A stretch of 17,566 bases of DNA. Origin: Gemmatimonadaceae bacterium. GTDB lineage: Bacteria; Gemmatimonadota; Gemmatimonadetes; Gemmatimonadales; Gemmatimonadaceae. The stretch lies in contig JANRJP010000113.1 in the NCBI GenBank assembly GCA_033763905.1, forward strand, positions 1 through 17,566, read 5' to 3'. The notes below the pieces were generated by a model, which did not search any database, was not told where the DNA came from, and worked only from the letters and a program-made list of their open reading frames with translations. Positions 14,939 to 17,566 of the stretch are shown piece by piece. Both the position numbers and the translations under genes were made by a program. How positions within the stretch are numbered: position 1 is the stretch's first letter; each line of letters starts with the position of its first letter.

Positions 14939-16879
14939 GTGACTGCTTCTGCCGACCTGCTCGTTCTGCGTCTCCCCGACGGTGCTGAGCGCACCGTGCC
15001 CTTTGGCACCCTGCCGTCCGAGGTGGTGGGCTCGATCGGCCCGCGCCTGCTCAAGGCGGCGGTTGCCGTGGCGGTCGACGGCGAGGTGCAGGACCTGACG
15101 ACGCCGCTCCGCCGGGGCGGGGCCTTCGTGGTCATCACCGAAAAGGACGAACGGGCGTTGGCCGTGCTGCGTCACTCGGCGGCGCACGTGCTGGCCACGG
15201 CGGTGCGCGCCATCCGACCCGAAGCCAAGATCGGCTTCGGCCCGGCGATCGACGACGGCTTCTACTACGACTTCGAAGTCGACACCCCGTTCACGCCCGA
15301 CGATCTCGCGGCCTTCGAAGCCGAGATGGCCAAGGTCGCGGCCAAGGCGTTCCCGTTCGTCCGGGCCGAAGTCTCGCGGGATGCCGCGCTCACGACCTTT
15401 GCTGACGATCCGCTCAAGCTCGAGCGCATCGCCGATCTCGGGGCGGATGAGGTCATTTCGACCTACACCGACGGGCCGTTCACGGACCTGTGTCGCGGCC
15501 CGCACGTGCCTGATACGTCGTGGGTCAAGCACATTAAGCTGCTGTCGACCGCTGGCGCCTATTGGCGCGGCGACGAGAAGCGGCAGATGCTGCAGCGCAT
15601 CTACGGGACGGCCTTCTTCAAGAAGGAAGATCTCGAGGCGCATCTGCATCGGATCGAGGAAGCCAAGCGCCGCGACCACCGAGTGGTCGGCAAGGCGCTG
15701 GACCTGTTCGTGCTGCATCCGACGTCGCCAGGCGCGCCGTTCTGGACCGAGCGCGGCACGCTGCTCTACAACACGCTCGTGGACTTCGTGCGCGAACGGC
15801 AGCAGCGCGCGTTCAAGGAAGTGAAGACACCGCTCCTGTACAACAAGACCCTGTGGGAGCAGTCCGGCCATTGGGGCAAGTACAAGGAGAACATGTTCCT
15901 CGTGCACAACGACGAGACGGGGGAACCCGATACGTCGCTCAAGCCGATGAACTGTCCGTCACACTACCTGCTGTACCTGCAGAAGAAGCACTCGTATCGC
16001 GAGCTGCCGCTGCGCTATGTGACCTTCGACGTCCTGCACCGCAACGAACTCGCCGGGGCCCTCTCGGGGCTCACGCGGGTGCGGCAGTTCGCACAGGACG
16101 ACTGCCACGTGTTCCTGCGCGAGGACCAGATCGAGTCCGAGGTGAAGTTCCTGATGGACTTCATCCTCGGGCACTACCGCACCTTTGGTCTCGAGGCGAC
16201 GCTCAAGTTCGCGACGCGGCCCGAGACGCGGGTCGGCGACGACGCAATGTGGGATCGCGCCGAGGCGGCGCTGGAAGCGGCGCTCAAGGCCACCGGGATG
16301 CCGTATCAGCACAAGCCGGGGGACGGCGCGTTCTACGGCCCGAAGATCGACTTCGACGTCACCGACTCGATCGGTCGCGCGTGGCAGCTGGGGACCATTC
16401 AGCTCGACTACGCCGCGCCGCAGCGGTTTGATCTCGAGTACGTCGGCGATGACAACACCTTGCACCGGCCGGTGGTGATTCACCGGGCGGTGAGCGGCAG
16501 CTTCGAACGCTTCATCGGCATTCTCATCGAGCACTTCGCGGGCGCGTTCCCCTTCTGGCTGTCGCCGGAGCAGGTGCGCGTGCTACCACTCAACGACGAG
16601 TTGGCGGGGGCCGCGCAGGGGGTGACCGATCAGCTCGTCGAGGCGGGCTTCCGCGCGCATCTCGAGGTGCGCGAGTCGCTCAACTATCGCATCCGCGACG
16701 CCGAGACGATGAAGGTCCCGTATATGGCGGTCGTCGGAAAGCGCGAGGCCGAGGCCGGCACCGTGGCGGTGCGCTCGCGCGGCGCGGGCAGCAAGCAGGT
16801 GGTGGTGCCGGTCGCCGAGTTTATTGCCTTGTTGCAGCGCGAGCAGGCGACGCGCTCCTTGACCCCGCTGGTGATCTGA
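14939..16879 (+). CDS. thrS: Threonine--tRNA ligase, ~646 aa
   Basis: TGS domain, RHSAAHVLA, GFYYDF, DLCRGPHV, RDHR, KPMNCP, GLTRVRQF, GAFYGPKID, TIQLD, VVIHRA; GTG at 14939 is the likely start. Confidence 0.98.
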   Translation: MTASADLLVLRLPDGAERTVPFGTLPSEVVGSIGPRLLKAAVAVAVDGEVQDLTTPLRRGGAFVVITEKDERALAVLRHSAAHVLATAVRAIRPEAKIGFGPAIDDGFYYDFEVDTPFTPDDLAAFEAEMAKVAAKAFPFVRAEVSRDAALTTFADDPLKLERIADLGADEVISTYTDGPFTDLCRGPHVPDTSWVKHIKLLSTAGAYWRGDEKRQMLQRIYGTAFFKKEDLEAHLHRIEEAKRRDHRVVGKALDLFVLHPTSPGAPFWTERGTLLYNTLVDFVRERQQRAFKEVKTPLLYNKTLWEQSGHWGKYKENMFLVHNDETGEPDTSLKPMNCPSHYLLYLQKKHSYRELPLRYVTFDVLHRNELAGALSGLTRVRQFAQDDCHVFLREDQIESEVKFLMDFILGHYRTFGLEATLKFATRPETRVGDDAMWDRAEAALEAALKATGMPYQHKPGDGAFYGPKIDFDVTDSIGRAWQLGTIQLDYAAPQRFDLEYVGDDNTLHRPVVIHRAVSGSFERFIGILIEHFAGAFPFWLSPEQVRVLPLNDELAGAAQGVTDQLVEAGFRAHLEVRESLNYRIRDAETMKVPYMAVVGKREAEAGTVAVRSRGAGSKQVVVPVAEFIALLQREQATRSLTPLVI

Positions 16880-16886
16880 TCCCGTG

Positions 16887-17566
16887 ATGCGCCTACGCCG
16901 TTCCGTCGCCTGCGCCGCGTTGGCCGTGGCCGTGGCCGCCGCGGTGGCCCCCGCCGCCGCACAGGCGCCAGCCGTACTCGACGTCACGGCGATGGACTAC
17001 GCCTTCAAGGTGTCACCCAGCGTCAAGGCCGGACTGGTGACCGTCCGGCTACGCAACACGGGGAAGAAGCTGCATCACGTGCAGCTGTTCAAGCTGTCCG
17101 AGGGCAAGCGGGTCTCCGACTTGTTCGTGCTGTTTCTTGCGGCGAAGTCGATCGCCGAGCCACCTCCGTGGGCGGTGCCGGCCGGGGGCCCAAGTGCGGC
17201 GATGCCGGGGCAGGTGATCGAAATCCAGCAGGCGCTGTCGCCCGGGCGCTACGCGCTGATCTGCTGGGTTCCGGTGGGAGACGGCACGCTGCACTTTATG
17301 CGCGGGATGATCGGCGAGGTGGAGGTGACCGGTCCCGCGTCGCGCGTGACCGAGCCAAAAGCGGATCTCGTGGCGCTGACGACCGAGCACACGATCACGC
17401 TGGATCGCGCGGTCACCCGAGGTCGCAAAGTCATCCGCATCGAGAATCGCGGCACGGTCCCGCACGAGTTTCTGCTGGTCCGGCTCAAGCCGGGCGAATC
17501 GGCGCGCGATGTGGCCGAATGGTCGGGCGCGGGTCAGCTCGGCACGCCACCGCACGAGAGCTGGTC
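16887..17566 (+). CDS. Exported tandem cupredoxin-like protein (partial, runs off the window; absent from the ORF track)
   Basis: MRLRRSVACAALAVAVAAAVAPAAA-QAP signal; domain 1 VTAMDYAF...NTGKKLHH...PGRYALICWVPVGDGTLHFMRGM has His/Cys/His/Met; domain 2 begins ENRGTVPHEF. Confidence 0.85.
   Translation, partial: MRLRRSVACAALAVAVAAAVAPAAAQAPAVLDVTAMDYAFKVSPSVKAGLVTVRLRNTGKKLHHVQLFKLSEGKRVSDLFVLFLAAKSIAEPPPWAVPAGGPSAAMPGQVIEIQQALSPGRYALICWVPVGDGTLHFMRGMIGEVEVTGPASRVTEPKADLVALTTEHTITLDRAVTRGRKVIRIENRGTVPHEFLLVRLKPGESARDVAEWSGAGQLGTPPHESW

Overview
High-GC bacterial chromosomal window; gene content and order suggest Gemmatimonadota (inference, not searched). Most of it is housekeeping: a minus-strand run (BON protein, valS, Ig-like lipoprotein, gmhB-like phosphatase, purN, purH, DUF2723/TMEM260-like GT-C membrane protein, NlpC/P60, tRNA-Ser(TGA)) and a divergent plus-strand run (50-aa membrane peptide, thrS, cupredoxin-like protein truncated by the window end). 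The left ~4.3 kb is accessory: three lipoprotein genes and a structured, duplicated non-coding region lie between tRNA-Ser(TGA) and a 5'-half-only tRNA-Ser(GCT). That fragment breaks just after the anticodon loop and is followed by IHF-like motifs and phased 11-bp TGCGCA repeats, which resembles the end of an integrative element. Two leads stand out: (1) the split tRNA-Ser(GCT) junction and (2) a candidate general protein O-glycosylation system, with the DUF2723 enzyme and a ~5-6-fold excess of D-[S/T]-[A/I/L/V/M/T] sequons in exported versus cytoplasmic proteins (hand count).
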